From Hyphochytrium catenoides (Eukaryota; Protista; Hyphochytriomycota), in NCBI GenBank assembly GCA_900088475.1, contig FLMG01000988.1:186655-250654 (forward strand): a DNA stretch of 64,000 nucleotides, read 5' to 3'. Position numbers and translations under genes: made by a program. Of this stretch, positions 11,783 through 24,609 are shown in pieces (position 1 is the first letter of the stretch; each line of letters starts with the position of its first letter). The notes under the pieces are model-generated. The model did not search any database. It was given only the letters and a program-made list of their open reading frames with translations, and had not been told where the DNA came from.

Positions 11783-12559
11783 CTCATTTGTTGCTAACCC
11801 TAAACTTATGCTCAGCCCACGATCAACATGAGATCTTCAACAGCCTCACATCTCCTTAGAAGCCCCAGCACACATACTGGGTTACTAGGCCCCGATGGCT
11901 CTACGGGACAGAGAAGAAGAGACCGATGGCTCATAAACTCACACTCATCGAAGCACCTTACATCCTATTCTCCATGCAGTGGACCGGTGATGGCCGCCTG
12001 CCCATCATGATGCCATCAGCAATAAACAGAGCGTTGAAGAACGGCCAAGGGCCAGCTCTTCCCCATTCTAACAACTGTTGGAGACTGGCGATCAGAATGC
12101 TCCAGCCGCTAACGGCCAGACTGAGGCAATTGGTCTCTTGCCCCGTCATCAAGCGGAGGACTATAGGAATGAGCGCTTCGGGTGCCAGCAGTCGTCGTAG
12201 GAACTAGCAGCACAGCTCACGTGCCTGCATAAAGAGCAACAGAGTCTCATCCACATCAATGAGTAGTTATCCTTCGTCTCACAGCCTCTCCAAAGATTAT
12301 TGTTACAGGGGTACTCTATGACTGAGATAAATAATAGAAGACTTTGTCCTGCACCTCCTACGGCCTCGCCCCATCAGTGGCAGTATAACACAGCACTTTC
12401 AATTTTGACAGTCATGAGGTCTTGGAGAGGCAGTTTGCTGGGCTCCCCGGTCAGCGCTAGATTCAACATCCTCACTCACGTTAGAGACAAAAGATCGGCC
12501 AGCATAGGCCCACTTGAGCCCTTCCCTCGCCCTCCGCAAACGTCAGAGCTAGGAAGTGG

Positions 12560-13423
12560 CTAGCTATCTTCTCTAATTGGTAATGGTTCTTGAGTGGTAG
12601 GATGGCCTCCAACAGCCACCAGTTCACAGCCGAAGACAGTCTGAAAGGCATCAGCGACCTCAACCCGCACAGCTTCCATGGTTATATCCGGGATCCACAT
12701 GTTCATGGACGCAACCTCACGGTCAGAAATGCCGCAGGGTACAATCCTGTCAAAGGCTGTAAGGTCCGTCTGGACGTTGAGGGCGAACCCATGCATTGTG
12801 ATCCACTTGCTAGCGTGAGTTCCTATCGCAGCAACCTTTTTGTCTCCAACCCAAACACCTGTAAGTCCGGCGATACGCTTGGCCTCCAGTCCAAACGAGC
12901 CCAAAGAGATGATGACGACCTCCTCAACTTGCCGCATATACCAATGCAGGTCTTTCTTATAGTGCCGTAGGTCTAGAATTGGATACGCAACCAATTGCCC
13001 GGGGCCATGGTATGTCGTCTCTCCTCCTCTATCAACTCTGATAAGCTTGAAGTCCTGACAGGTTGGATCAAACTTGACGTGATCCATAGATGCTCTCCTT
13101 CCCATGGTGTAGACAGGAGAGTGCTCAAGCATAAGCAGCACATCATCCTTGTTTTCGTCTTGAAAGCGCTCTCGCAAGAGTTCTTGCTGCCATGCCCATG
13201 CTGTCTCATACTCCACACATCCTAGCGAGTACAGATTGCACCTTCGTCGCTTAAGGCCCGCTTCCTGAGGTGCTTCTGTGTCCGGGCAAGCAGCCACGCT
13301 AGAGGATGACCTTCCTCCATACCTATGTAACAGGGAAGCATCTGCATGGTGGGGCTTAAGCCTGCAAATGGCCGAATAGTGGGGTAGCAGTCTCTGCAAG
13401 AGTTTTGTAGATCCTGGTAACAT
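12560..13423 (-). CDS. lipB: lipoyl(octanoyl) transferase LipB/LIP2 with N-terminal targeting extension, intronless
   Basis: Motifs LEHSPVYTMG, VDRGGETTYHGPGQLVAYPIL, KVAAIG, WITMHGFALNV and IVPCGI. First ATG at 13423. Confidence 0.95.
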   Translation of the reverse strand: MLPGSTKLLQRLLPHYSAICRLKPHHADASLLHRYGGRSSSSVAACPDTEAPQEAGLKRRRCNLYSLGCVEYETAWAWQQELLRERFQDENKDDVLLMLEHSPVYTMGRRASMDHVKFDPTCQDFKLIRVDRGGETTYHGPGQLVAYPILDLRHYKKDLHWYMRQVEEVVIISLGSFGLEAKRIAGLTGVWVGDKKVAAIGTHASKWITMHGFALNVQTDLTAFDRIVPCGISDREVASMNMWIPDITMEAVRVEVADAFQTVFGCELVAVGGHPTTQEPLPIREDS

Positions 13424-13854
13424 CCCTCTGTCCACACTCTTCCTCTTCGCCTCTTCCTCCTGCTCTACCCGAGATGTGATATGGCGCAGATGATGCAGAC
13501 GTAAGGCTCAACTCACCCGAAGACGAAGCTTCACTCCGTAGTGTATCATGAGAAGCTCAGCGAGTCGAAGAGACGAAGACGAAGAAGGAAGAGTGATGAC
13601 CGAAGCGATGATGGGTGAGCGAGGAGGACGAGCAATCGTGTGACGACCATCTCAGCCCAGCAGCAGCAACACCATCAAACATCGTTTATTTCGTGAAAGT
13701 TTCTCATGCAGGCGGGAAACCTTCAGGTAGCTCTTTCCGGAGTCCCACTGTCGCGGTCTTGTGCCACCTGAATAGAGAGTATGTGGATGGCCTCGTTGTA
13801 TTCTTGATTATACCTCCGAAAGAGCGTTTTTCTGGGTCTGGTTGTGAAGAACGG

Positions 13855-14260
13855 TAAAGAGACAGAGAGGAAACATAACTGGAAAAGAACAAAAGGAAAC
13901 AAGTGACAGAGTGACAACGAGAGAACAGACAGAGAGCGAAAGAGAGAGAGACAGAGAGACAGAGAGATGAGGGAGAGAGAGATGAGGGAGAGAGATGAGA
14001 GAGCGAAAGAGTGTGAGAGAGTGTGAGCGAACAAGAGGTACCAAGAGAAAGAGGAGAGAGAGAGAGACAGAGTCAGTGAGGGAGAGAGAGGGAGAGAGAG
14101 AAAGAGAGAGAGAGAGAGAGACACGAGAGGGGCAAAAAGCATGTTAAAAATCTCCTTTGTAAACACAGGAAGAGAGAGAGGCACGAAAGAGGAAGCGGGA
14201 CATGAAAGAAGGGTTGAACAAACCTGCAAGAGACAGACAGTCAGACAGAGAGAGGGAGAG
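13855..14260. repeat. (GA)n-rich microsatellite in the divergent LipB/nicastrin promoter
   Basis: Long imperfect gagagaga/gacagaga tract seen directly. Confidence 0.9.
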
Positions 14261-14537
14261 CGGTCTGATAGATGCTTCAACCACGATGAAGCGTGAATGA
14301 GAGAAGATCACAAGGTGATGAAGCCTGCTCTGTTGATGATGATGAAGCTCTGAAGGCAACTCTATTGCCTTTGAGCTGCAACCGATCAAAGCGATCATTA
14401 TTTCTTCCCTAATCTATCTATCTTGGCGGTAGATAGAGGACTTGCAATCTGCTACGAGAGAAAACTCTCCCCCGGCGTCTTCGTAGGGCCTGGCCTTCAA
14501 AGCTTGAACTCCGTGCCGTCCAGATTGAGTCGGTGCC

Positions 14538-17500
14538 ATGAAGGGCTCGCTTCTTATCGTTGTTGGCGCGGTGCTGTTGGGCCTCTTCGTCCCGGGCGGC
14601 CTCGCCAGTAGTCGCCTCGTGGCTGGAATCCCAGAGAACATTCCTCTGGTGGGAGGTTATTGTGTCCGCCTGTACACGAGAAGTGGAAGTACTGGCTGCT
14701 ACGGTGGGAAAGCTTATTCTGGTTTAGTGGAAGTGGATCCATCGCTGACTTTGTGTCTCTCTGCTTCGACCTCCTCGCCGGAACAGGCCCAATGAAGGGC
14801 CTGACTGAGGAGATATTTTCTGTGATGGAGGATGCTGAGCTCAAGTAAGGCACACTGAACCTTCTGTGTACTCCATGGCAGCTAATGGGATATTGTGAAG
14901 CACCTTCTTATCGTCTGACAAGGATGCAGTGGTCCTGCTTCCTGCGAAGCTGTTCACCCCAGAGACTCTGGCCAAGCTGGAGGCGACATCAAGATTGAAA
15001 GGAGTGCTGGTTTTGCCGGATGTATGTGCTAACATCAAGGCTGTGTGCCGCTTGATGGTCTGATGGTCTGACACTTCTTCTACTTCAGGGTACTCCATAC
15101 TCTCCAGCTAGCAAGACTCCCCAAGGAAAGGAAACACCCCAAGGTGCACTCAATCCTTTCCCAGAATACGAGTGGAATCCCAAGGTGAGATTGATGATCC
15201 CCAGTACTTGTCGCCACCTTCCTCACTCTCGCATTCTGTAGGGCCTTAACTTCATTGAAAAGCCCTTTAACTATCCGGTCCTGATCGTCAACTCCTCGTT
15301 CAAGGAGACTCTGTTGAGGTAGAGAAAGAGGAGATCGAAACGGTAGACACTTTTTCTAACGGGCCAAACGATTGTAGCCAGGTTGAGGATAACAAGGAGA
15401 ATCGTCCGTTTAAATGGTCGGCAAACATGAACTACTATTATGGGCCTAAAGGCATGAACTCTACCGCTTGTCTGAAGCTGCAGAATATTTATGGACAGAG
15501 ACAACCTATGTGCGACCCTGTGGGCGGACATAGTGTTTGGGCTGTGAAAGGAAACGTTAGCAAGCCGATGGTGGCAGCAATGGCCTGTACGTTCTGAATT
15601 CTTCTTGCTGTTGGTAAGAGCTCGTTGCTGATAGGCATTTCCTATGCAGCGATGGACTCTCTGGCTTTCAGTCACGTAGATGTACCGGCAGCTAACTCTG
15701 GAGCCTCAGCTATTGCCGCATTGCTGGCAGCCGCTGATTCGCTCAAAAATGTAGGCAGACAAAGAAGGAATGGGTCTTGAAGTTGCGTGATATAAGCTAA
15801 CCTTTAGTTCTGACACAGGTTGATACGACCAGTCTGAACCGTTCTATCGGTTTTTTCTTGTTCGAAGGGGAGTCTCTGGGCTTCATAGGGTCCCGGAGGT
15901 TCTTAAAGGACTTGAAGACATTTTCCGAGAAAGAGGTAGGGGTTCGCTGACAATGGATATGGGATTTACCGTCAAATTGGAGTCTCCTTCCTCATATCTA
16001 TTATGTGGAGGGGCCTAGAAAATTCTATGACTAGTTTAGCCGGAATCTATCTTGAGAGCCTGTTACCTTCTGGCGTTCATTGTTTTTATTGTTGGTTAAC
16101 ACTGACTGCTCCCATAGGGATGTCAGAACTTGGTCCCTGGAGACAAAGCCAAGCTTACTGGCAAACCGATGTGCGTCAACCCTGTCAGATATTCCTTAGA
16201 ATTCACGAAGCTGTCTCTTCCGAATCTGGAACATATTATTGCCGTGGACCAAGTAGCAGCAGCTGATTCGAATACTGGGAAGCTTTATATCCAAAATGTA
16301 CCTGTGACGAGCTTTCTAGCTTCTACTTTAACCTGGCACGCTTAGGTGCTATTCCCATACCCCCGTCATTATGGCTGGATGCTTACCTCCAGATATGCGA
16401 TGCTATACTTCCTTCAGCTGCGCTTTGGCCCTAGCTGGTCCACTTCGTGTCCGCTCCTATTTGCCCGCCTTTTACATCATCTATTGCCCAATAGAACCCT
16501 GGAGCTCCTTTGAAGATATCTGATCTGGTAGCAGATATTCCGCTGGTAAAGTCAGGTAAAGTTGTTCAACATATGACAGTATATGTGCACTATTCAGCTG
16601 AGACTTTGTTGGTCTCGAGACGCTCCGTTCTCAAACCTTTCTTGTTGGTGCTATCTTGCTGATCTGCTCTGTGCAGGGGAAGTCTTGGGAAATGACGCTG
16701 GCGCGGTCCCTCCGACACCTCTATCGTCCTTTATCGTCGCAAACAAAACACTTGTTAGTGGCGTCCTAACGTAAGTGAAAGAGTAATAAAAAAGGCTCAG
16801 AGTACACAAAGACTCAGTACCGCGACGCTCCAGGGGATATAAGGACACATTCTCCTCAAATAGGTTTCAGGGAGACACGGACACCGAGTGGTCGACGGTA
16901 AGTCTGGCTTAGATGTCTGGCCGTGAATTTAAAAACAAGATGAAGTAGGCTTGCTCCCACATTTACTTAACGTGCATACTGCTTCCATGATTGGCGAACT
17001 GGCAAACGATGCGATCGTATTCTCTCTTTGAAGCAAGCCTTAAATTCACTCGTTCACCTCCCATTTGGTGCAGCCCATTATTGCAAAGGCTTCACTAGCT
17101 CTGGCCCAGTCTCTTTTAGCCCTGGCTGGTGGTTCATCATCCGCGGTTTCCTCACTTGAGACCAACGCCACCCTCATTGACTCCATAATGAAGGCAAGGG
17201 ACAGATCAGGCAGGCCTTTTGAATATTTCTGGCTAACCCATGTGCCCTTCACCATTCTTCTGTAGTGCCTAGTAAAGGATAATGGCTGCAGCTTTTTCAA
17301 GACGGTCGCACGGACGCAGACTGTCTCTTTTAACTTGTACATGCGCTACAAAAATAACTCGTCCCCAGAGTTTACCACCGAGCCGACGCTATATGCTGGA
17401 ATATACTCCTCCGAGAATAAGCAGCCAAGGGTAAGGTCAAGGATGCGATAGAGAGAAGTAGAATAGGGTTATGAGGGCAGCTTTTGCTTCCCGCTAGATG

Positions 17501-18582
17501 GACTAACATCTATTGCTCAGGTGACATACGGGGATTTCTCTACTGCTCGCCTTAGCGAAACGTATGACCCAGAGAAGCATCGGGGTAAGGAGACCTTCAG
17601 CCGTATCAGACTTTGCGTACTGTTGGCCTGGTTTGTTCTCACTCTGTCCGTCCTTCCCAGTGGCTTTCTATCCTAACCTCAAACAGAGCTTCATGCGCGC
17701 CTTTCTGGCATCTGTGACGTACGCTGTGAATAACGCCACAACCTGCAAGTGGCATGGAGACTGTAGGAAGGTGGGCACCTAAAAGTTGCGATATCCTTTG
17801 GCTGGTTTCCCTAGAACATTCTCCAGAAAATGTTGCCATTAAAAAACTCCATGACGGCCATTTGGCATCGGTGTTTGGGAACTGGTCAATCCAAATCCTG
17901 CTTTTTCGCCACGTTGCTAGGACAATCGCCTCTTTCTCATGATGTCTTTTGAAGTCTTTCTTTATTTTGCGCTTTTCGGCTACGTGCAAAGTGTATCTCA
18001 CGCATTCCCTTCAGGATAACCTTACCAGCGAGTGCGTATTCCCTGGTTATTGCGGAGTGGGTGACGCTTATTTCCACGACGCGTTCTCCCCGGCATTAGA
18101 GCCTACTACCGAGATCCGCACCTTTGACATAACGTCTGACTCTTTGGATGACCCTATTTATACTGAGCCAGTGTGAGTCCACTCTCTCAGTAACCCTCTT
18201 CTTCCGCATGCGCTGTTCAATTTGATGGCTCTCGTGGTGGTGCCAGGGAAGAACAAGGCTCTCTTTATGTTCTCACTCATTAAAAGCATCTCTTTTGGAT
18301 TGCCTGTTCTGATAAAAGCTCAGCCCGCTTTGTGCAGTTGGTCGGAACCGACGCCATCTACTCTGTCTTACCCTGACGGCGGTATCATTATGGGCTGGTC
18401 TGTTCTTGGTGCTGGTGTCCTGGGTGAGTGTTATTTGCTTTTTTACCGTCTACCCTATCGTATAGGCTTCTCACCCCTTTCTTTCTTGATGAATGGTTTG
18501 TCTAACGGGCGCAGTCGCTGCCGCTTCAGTTGTGACCTCTTTGGTGCTTGTGAAGAACCTGGCAAAGAGCAAGGTTCTATGA
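14538..18582 (+). CDS. NCSTN: nicastrin (gamma-secretase subunit), many exons
   Basis: Signal peptide, then CVRLYTRSGSTGC, YEWNPKG, CDPVGGHSVW, AMDS..PAANSGASAIAALLAAA, FEGESLGFIGSRRFLKDL, VPPTPLSSF, FHDAFSPAL, YTEPVW and a C-terminal TM helix. Stop TGA at 18580-18582. Confidence 0.92.
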
Positions 18583-19292
18583 GAGGCGTCAAGTGCGATC
18601 TTAAGCTCTGTACGACTGTAACCATAATAAACCCTACAATGCTCTGGTCCTCCCGAACTTATCTATCCAACTTCCGATGGTTTTCTGGCGAACGGCCTCA
18701 GCGCTATCTCTTGATGCAAGACAGCCAAACCTAAGCAGTCAAAGATTGTTCAAGTCTCTATGGACGTAGGTCGGCACGAGGCACAAAGTGTCTGAAGCGG
18801 TCATCAATTCACCTGCAAACCATGATGGATCCTCATACAATCAGACAAAGTCTCAAGGACGGCAGCCTAGTAACTCCACTGTGTTCTTGACCTTAAATGC
18901 GACAGTTATAGGAGGACTGAGCGAACATCAGCTGAGAATCTGAGCTATCCGCTGAAAAGCCCTCCGAAGGTTAATACCTTTCAGAGAAGGGAGCTGATTT
19001 AGCTGGGGCCTCAAAAGTAAGCGACTACTCCAGGACGCCAATGGCAATGAGCCGGTAACGCTATGAGATGATGATGCCATTCTGAAGCTTTGCTGGCGTC
19101 TTCACTTGGACTTCAGAAACTCCTCAGAAATGGCCGTGCAGCTGGCGGTGTCGTTGAAGCTCATACAGCGGGAGAGGAGGAGATGGGATCGGCTGCTTGG
19201 GCCCCAAAGTACCTTCCCTACTGCGCTCTCTGTAAAAAAATGTGCTGTTGAAGTGGTGGAGTGTGCCTCTATTTGAGGCGATCAGAAGCCCA

Positions 19293-22200
19293 ATGAGTTC
19301 ACGACGAGGTGAGATGTAATCTATCGTTGTTCAACATCAAACACTAACGTCGCTTCGTAAGGCCCAACCTTGCTCTTTGAGGAAGATGACGCGGACTCTC
19401 CAAGAGGAAGAGCAGGAGGTAGGCAGCCACAGTCACACTAGATCTGGATCAGTTCTGTGTCCACCGAAGGAGATCTCAGTTGGCTTATTTACTCCTCCTC
19501 TCCTCTCTCGTTAAATACCATTGCTTTTCTTGGGGAATGTTTCTTTAGAGAGTAAGCCTCAGGAGACCTTTGGCCCAATGCCTCCTCCAGCTGCGTCCGC
19601 GCCATCAGCACTCGCCAACTCCAGAATCCCGTTGTCACAACTTCAGCGAGGAAAGAAGAAGCTGCTCTCGCCCGGTAAGCAGCATTGATTTATAATCGTG
19701 AACATTTGGCTGCATAACCGTGGAATACTGGCTCACGACTCCAACAATAGCAGGAGTCTTGTTCTCAGAAGATGAAGAACAAAGTCGTGACTCTCAGTCA
19801 AGTCGCTCTTTAAAAGTCCCTAAACCTAAGAGTTTGTTTGATGATGACACAAAGTCCGTTGGGGATGAAGTCGTCAACATCTGGGAGAAGAAGATCACCT
19901 CCTACCGTTCGCAGCTGTCTGCAGCGAAAGAGAGAGAAAAGGAGGTATCACAAAGACTATTCCAGAAGGCGGAAACGAACTCATCCTATACCACGCCACA
20001 GGCCCACTGCACCTCCCACTGCACCTCCCTATTTGCCAAGACTGCAGCTTTTAGCCTGTGGCTAGATCTTCTAACTCATCCTCCTCTGCTGCCTTGTAAA
20101 GGAGCCGCTTCTGCCTTGGTCACGCTTATGTTTCTTACGCCTAAGTATCTTACCATTTCCCTCGTCTGTCCTTAGCAAATGTCCATGATTGAAGAACTGC
20201 GCAAGGAGGTCAGCAGACTGCGGGGTAAAGTGACCCGGAGGGACCAGCAGTTGGTGCGACTGTCCGAGGAGAGGGAGACGACCGAGAAGGAGCGGCAGAT
20301 AGAAGCACAGAAGGCACAGAGCAGAGTGAAGGAGCTCCTTGACAAGCTCGCGCCTGCAGAAGAAAAGAAGCAGGCACTGGAGTATGAGCTAGAGGTAAGG
20401 GGCTAAGATAAGGCCGTGAATTTTGTAAAACTTGCGTCCTTCACAGCAATTGTAGCCCATCAGTTATAGGGTCCATTAGATGATCTGAAGCCTTGATGGG
20501 ACCCATTGAGCACCTTACAGAGAAGTGCATGGCTGTTATGCTCACTGTTTTGTTATGCGCTTCCGTGACAGCTCCTGAAAGCAGACAAGAGTGCAGAGCT
20601 AGGCGACAAAGCTCAGAAGCTTCGCGATAGAGAGGCCAAACTTCGGGATGTAGAACTGGACCTTAGAAATAGACATGAGACGCTCCGGGCAAAGGAAGGT
20701 TAGAGAGAAGGGGCCTCGTTATGATTACTCTTCCCTCATCCTCTCCTTTTACGGTGGAGCCCACCATGCCAGGCGACAACTTATTACGATTTCGCCTCAT
20801 ACTTCTCTCGCTGTTGCCTGTCTGACCACTTCCATCACATTGTGTGCATCCATAATTCTCTATCCATTCAAATTAAATGTTCTTGTCACCCGCAGTCAGG
20901 CCCAGCTCCTCTTCGAAAACCCTATAGACCATCGGGCATGTTTCCCACTAATCTGAGCCTAGCGTTCCCCTTTTGGCATCTGTATTTTGTTGCTACTAGC
21001 TATCTTACGTACTATTCTCCCTTTTCTCTTGGCCTCAGTGACACTCTCTCATCGAGAAGAAGCGCTGAAGTATAAGGAAGAGGTTCTTGCTGCCAAGCTG
21101 CAGCAGTTTCAAGATTATGAAAGCAAACTCAGACAGCTTGAGAAGGAGTTGAAAGGAAGAGAGGAAGACTTTCAAAAAGAGAAGAGGAGATACGCGGAGA
21201 ATGAGGACGGCGACCGAGCGCGGTTCAACTTGAATAAAGAATGGGGAAAAGAAGGGCAGAGCAAAAGCGCTTTCGATGATGCCAGCAGCGCTAGCACCAG
21301 GCAAACAGGCGGCAGTCATAGATCGGCCCCAGCTGCCATGGGCAGAGTAAGGTTAGCCAGAGTATTCGAGGATAGTGTCTGCGCACCTCAGCCAATCACT
21401 GCTCTACACGCTGCCTCTCTCCACCTGTCATCATTCCCCATGTCGTACCTACACGAATGGCGTGGGGACGTGGGATACCGGGTGGCGCCTTGCATTTATG
21501 CTTTTTGTTTTACTTTGCTCGCACCCCTTACCGACTCTTCATCGCTGCGCTATGCCGTGCTGGCTGCTAGTCCTTTTAGCTGTGCTTTTAAGACCTTGCG
21601 ATTCCTCTGGTGTCAGAACCCCAGACGAGGCATCGCCTCCTGTTCGCGTCTTCGGGGCCCAGGATGAAGAGACGACCAATTCGGACAGCTTTAGTGACGG
21701 CTCGGAATTAGATGACTCTCGAACGGTATATATCGATCTTCTTCTCCTCACCTTTCAAAGTAGCTCCTTCTGCAAAAACTCTTTGCACCTTCTTGGTGTT
21801 CCATGCACACGTGTTCCTTGACGCACGTGTTTGGAGTCCGACTAGAAGTTCTAATCTCCGTCCCACGTTGCACTTAGCCTGGTTCGTCGGAAGCAAGAGA
21901 TGCTCCGCCCCCTCCCCCTNNNNNNNNNNNNGGCTCCAGGTAAACTCTGTTAGTGTATCCTACAGCCCATGCGTCGACGCTGAGGACGTCTTTTCGTAGG
22001 CGGAAATCCTCATTCTCAGTCAGTGAGGGCGAAGAAGAGCAGGAAGAGAACGATGTGGAGAAAAGCAGTTTTAGCTCCAAAGGTGATGAAGGCAAGGCCT
22101 GTAGAAGACGCTTCTTGCAATGCAGGGGACAGCTAACGTTAGCCTCTGTCTTGCCTTAGGGTCTTCCGGGCGTGATCCTTCTCGTGGTGGAAGAGGCGAT

Positions 22201-24412
22201 AACAGGTACATACACTTATATTGCTCTGCCCTTAGTGTAAGCATCTTCTGTCCGTCTTGGGTACCATGCATTGTAGGTTTTCGCCACTAGGATAAGGCTC
22301 TCCGCAATATCCACATCAGAGCTAACATATCGCGTTCCTATAGGGGCAAGCCACATAAGGAGAGCAGTAGCAGACTCCAGCGCAGTTTCGCTGATATGAA
22401 CAGCTACGTGGACAACCGGTAGAGCTTGCGAGCATACTGAGCCTTCGTATCTGCACATGTGGCCTCTAAATGATCAAACCTAAAATGAGACCTCTTCGTT
22501 TTAGCTTTCTGCCGGAGAGTATAATAGCTCTCTAGTTTCTCTCCTAGCTTGATAATGCCGTCACGCGTGCAGATGCTTCCTTTGAATGGTCTATTGAGAT
22601 GCACTCTTCGTCCTATGGCAGTGCTGCTGAGCTCAAAGCTCGTGAGCGAAGACAGGAGGAAGAAAAAGAGCGCGAGAGAGAATGGAAGGAAGCCTACCAA
22701 AAGGAGGTAGGTAACCATGTCATACCCTCGGCCGCCTTAATTTTCAAGACCTAAATGGTGAGTTCCAGTGGGATCACCTGGCAGAGGTAGAACGGACGAG
22801 GAAGGCAAGATTGCGGCACAGGAGAGGGCAAGGAAAAGGAGCTGTCGGAGCAGGAACAGGCAGAGTTGGAAGAAGACTGCATGCAGTTCACAGGCGGAGG
22901 CACAGAGTAGAGGTGCCAAACACCCCAGCAGGTTACGTTTCACCTTTTTCTGCCGCTTTTGTGCTTTGTCTTTCCCTTTGTCCACCGAAAAAGTACGATG
23001 ATAGTTAGTATCGCATGCAATCCGCCCTCTTCGTGTACCTTTCCCTTAATATAGAGGAGCGGTCCTTGCTAGCACGATCTCTGCGGAACCTGACTCCTCT
23101 TGCATTGTATTGCGTGCTGCGTGCTGTTCTTTTGGGCCGTCTCGTCTATTTGAACTCTATTACTCTCGTTTGCATGGCTGTAGCAGCTGCCACATACATT
23201 CCGACTATGGGTGGGCTGGCCCGCTCTGACGACGAGCAAGATGATTACGGAGAAGAAAGCGATAGGGAAGAAGAGAAGTGGTCTTCTGATAGCGAGCAAA
23301 GTGAAGAAGAGGAGGTACCAGCTTTTGACGTCGGTGGACGGCCTTTGATAGCTATGACAGCCGTATTAACTCCTGGTTCCCACTGGATATTAGGCTCCTC
23401 CACTTCCTCCCGAGTTATCACACGCGGAGGCAGAGCTACAGAGACGGCAACAGGCAAGACTAGATGAGCTTCGGGCTGTAGAAAGGCAACAAAAGACCGA
23501 AGCAGTTAAGGCCGAAGAGGTAAGAACATCTAACGTCCAATGACTAGGAACGACTTCTCGTCCTGGTCTTTCAATAGCTGACTGGTTCAAGTGTACCTTT
23601 CAAGTGCGCCCAAGACTTTGTCTTTCTTGGGCTCTTGTTGCCCCTCACTCGTCAATCTCTGCATGTTCTTGCATCGGTCCGATTTATAAGGGCACCGCCT
23701 TAGATAATGACGGCTAACACCTCCGTTCCCTCGCAGGTCTCTTCTGCAGTGAATAAGAGATTGTCAAGCTGGCGTTCGGGTAAGACGCTGGCGGAACTGT
23801 TGCTCACCGTCAAGGACGTTTGCGGCCTGCCTGGCCTTGGCCAAGGATTGGAGGCCCTCAGTCCAGCTGAGAAGAACCCCAACGAGCTGCGGAAAGCCTA
23901 CAGGTTAGAGCATATCATTTACGGCTCTTGGCATTTTCTACTGGTGCTTTATGTTGCTATATGTCACCGGGCTTCACCTTTATATCTTTTTCTGTCTATC
24001 TGGCACCTTTCAGCTAAGTCTCAAGAGTGCTTGGTAGCCGTCCGTCCTCTCTTTACTCAATTCTAGCGGTTGTGGCATCCCTTGCAGATATGACTACTTA
24101 ACATTAGGGTCGTGCGTCTCTAACACAATGGATGAGATAGGCGGCTGGTGCGACTCATACACCCTGATAAGCTTAGAAACGCAACTGTAGACCAAAAGCT
24201 GGAGGCGCAGGGGATCTTCACTATCCTCACGCAGGTACTCCTCTCCATGCATATCAGGTAGACAGAGATTTTTACGTAGAAAGCAAGGCTTGAGGGGCGA
24301 CTTATTTTCTGAAGGGTCACGAGCCAACTCTACTATGATCATTATCTATTTCTCACGGCTGATTTGATGCTGTTTCCCCTAGGAGTACGAGAAGGTGATG
24401 GAGAGTGTCTGA
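19293..24412 (+). CDS. coiled-coil protein with C-terminal auxilin-like DnaJ domain, many exons
   Basis: Several E/K/R-rich coiled-coil exons. C-terminal RLSSWRSGKTLAELLLTV...NELRKAYR|RLVRLIHPDKL...EAQGIFTILTQ|EYEK contains the HPD motif. Start position is tentative. Confidence 0.75.
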
Positions 24413-24609
24413 CAAGAAGGGTCACCTCATGACTGAGTTGCCATAGTTGAGAGAATATTTATTGGGGACTGTCTAGGCAACATTTCCTCGTCTTGGAGCT
24501 GGCCCTTCACCCATAAGCGGCCCTCTCCTTGGTACAAATCGACATGTAGTAAACCGAGAGAGGAGTGGATAAATATGGAAATAAATAAATCATATGCTAT
24601 AGTCTATCT

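Noticed and set aside
1891-12260. Shared 11-mer tccacatcaat upstream of RPB6 and Dus
   Set aside because: Many 11-mer matches are expected by chance at this window size.
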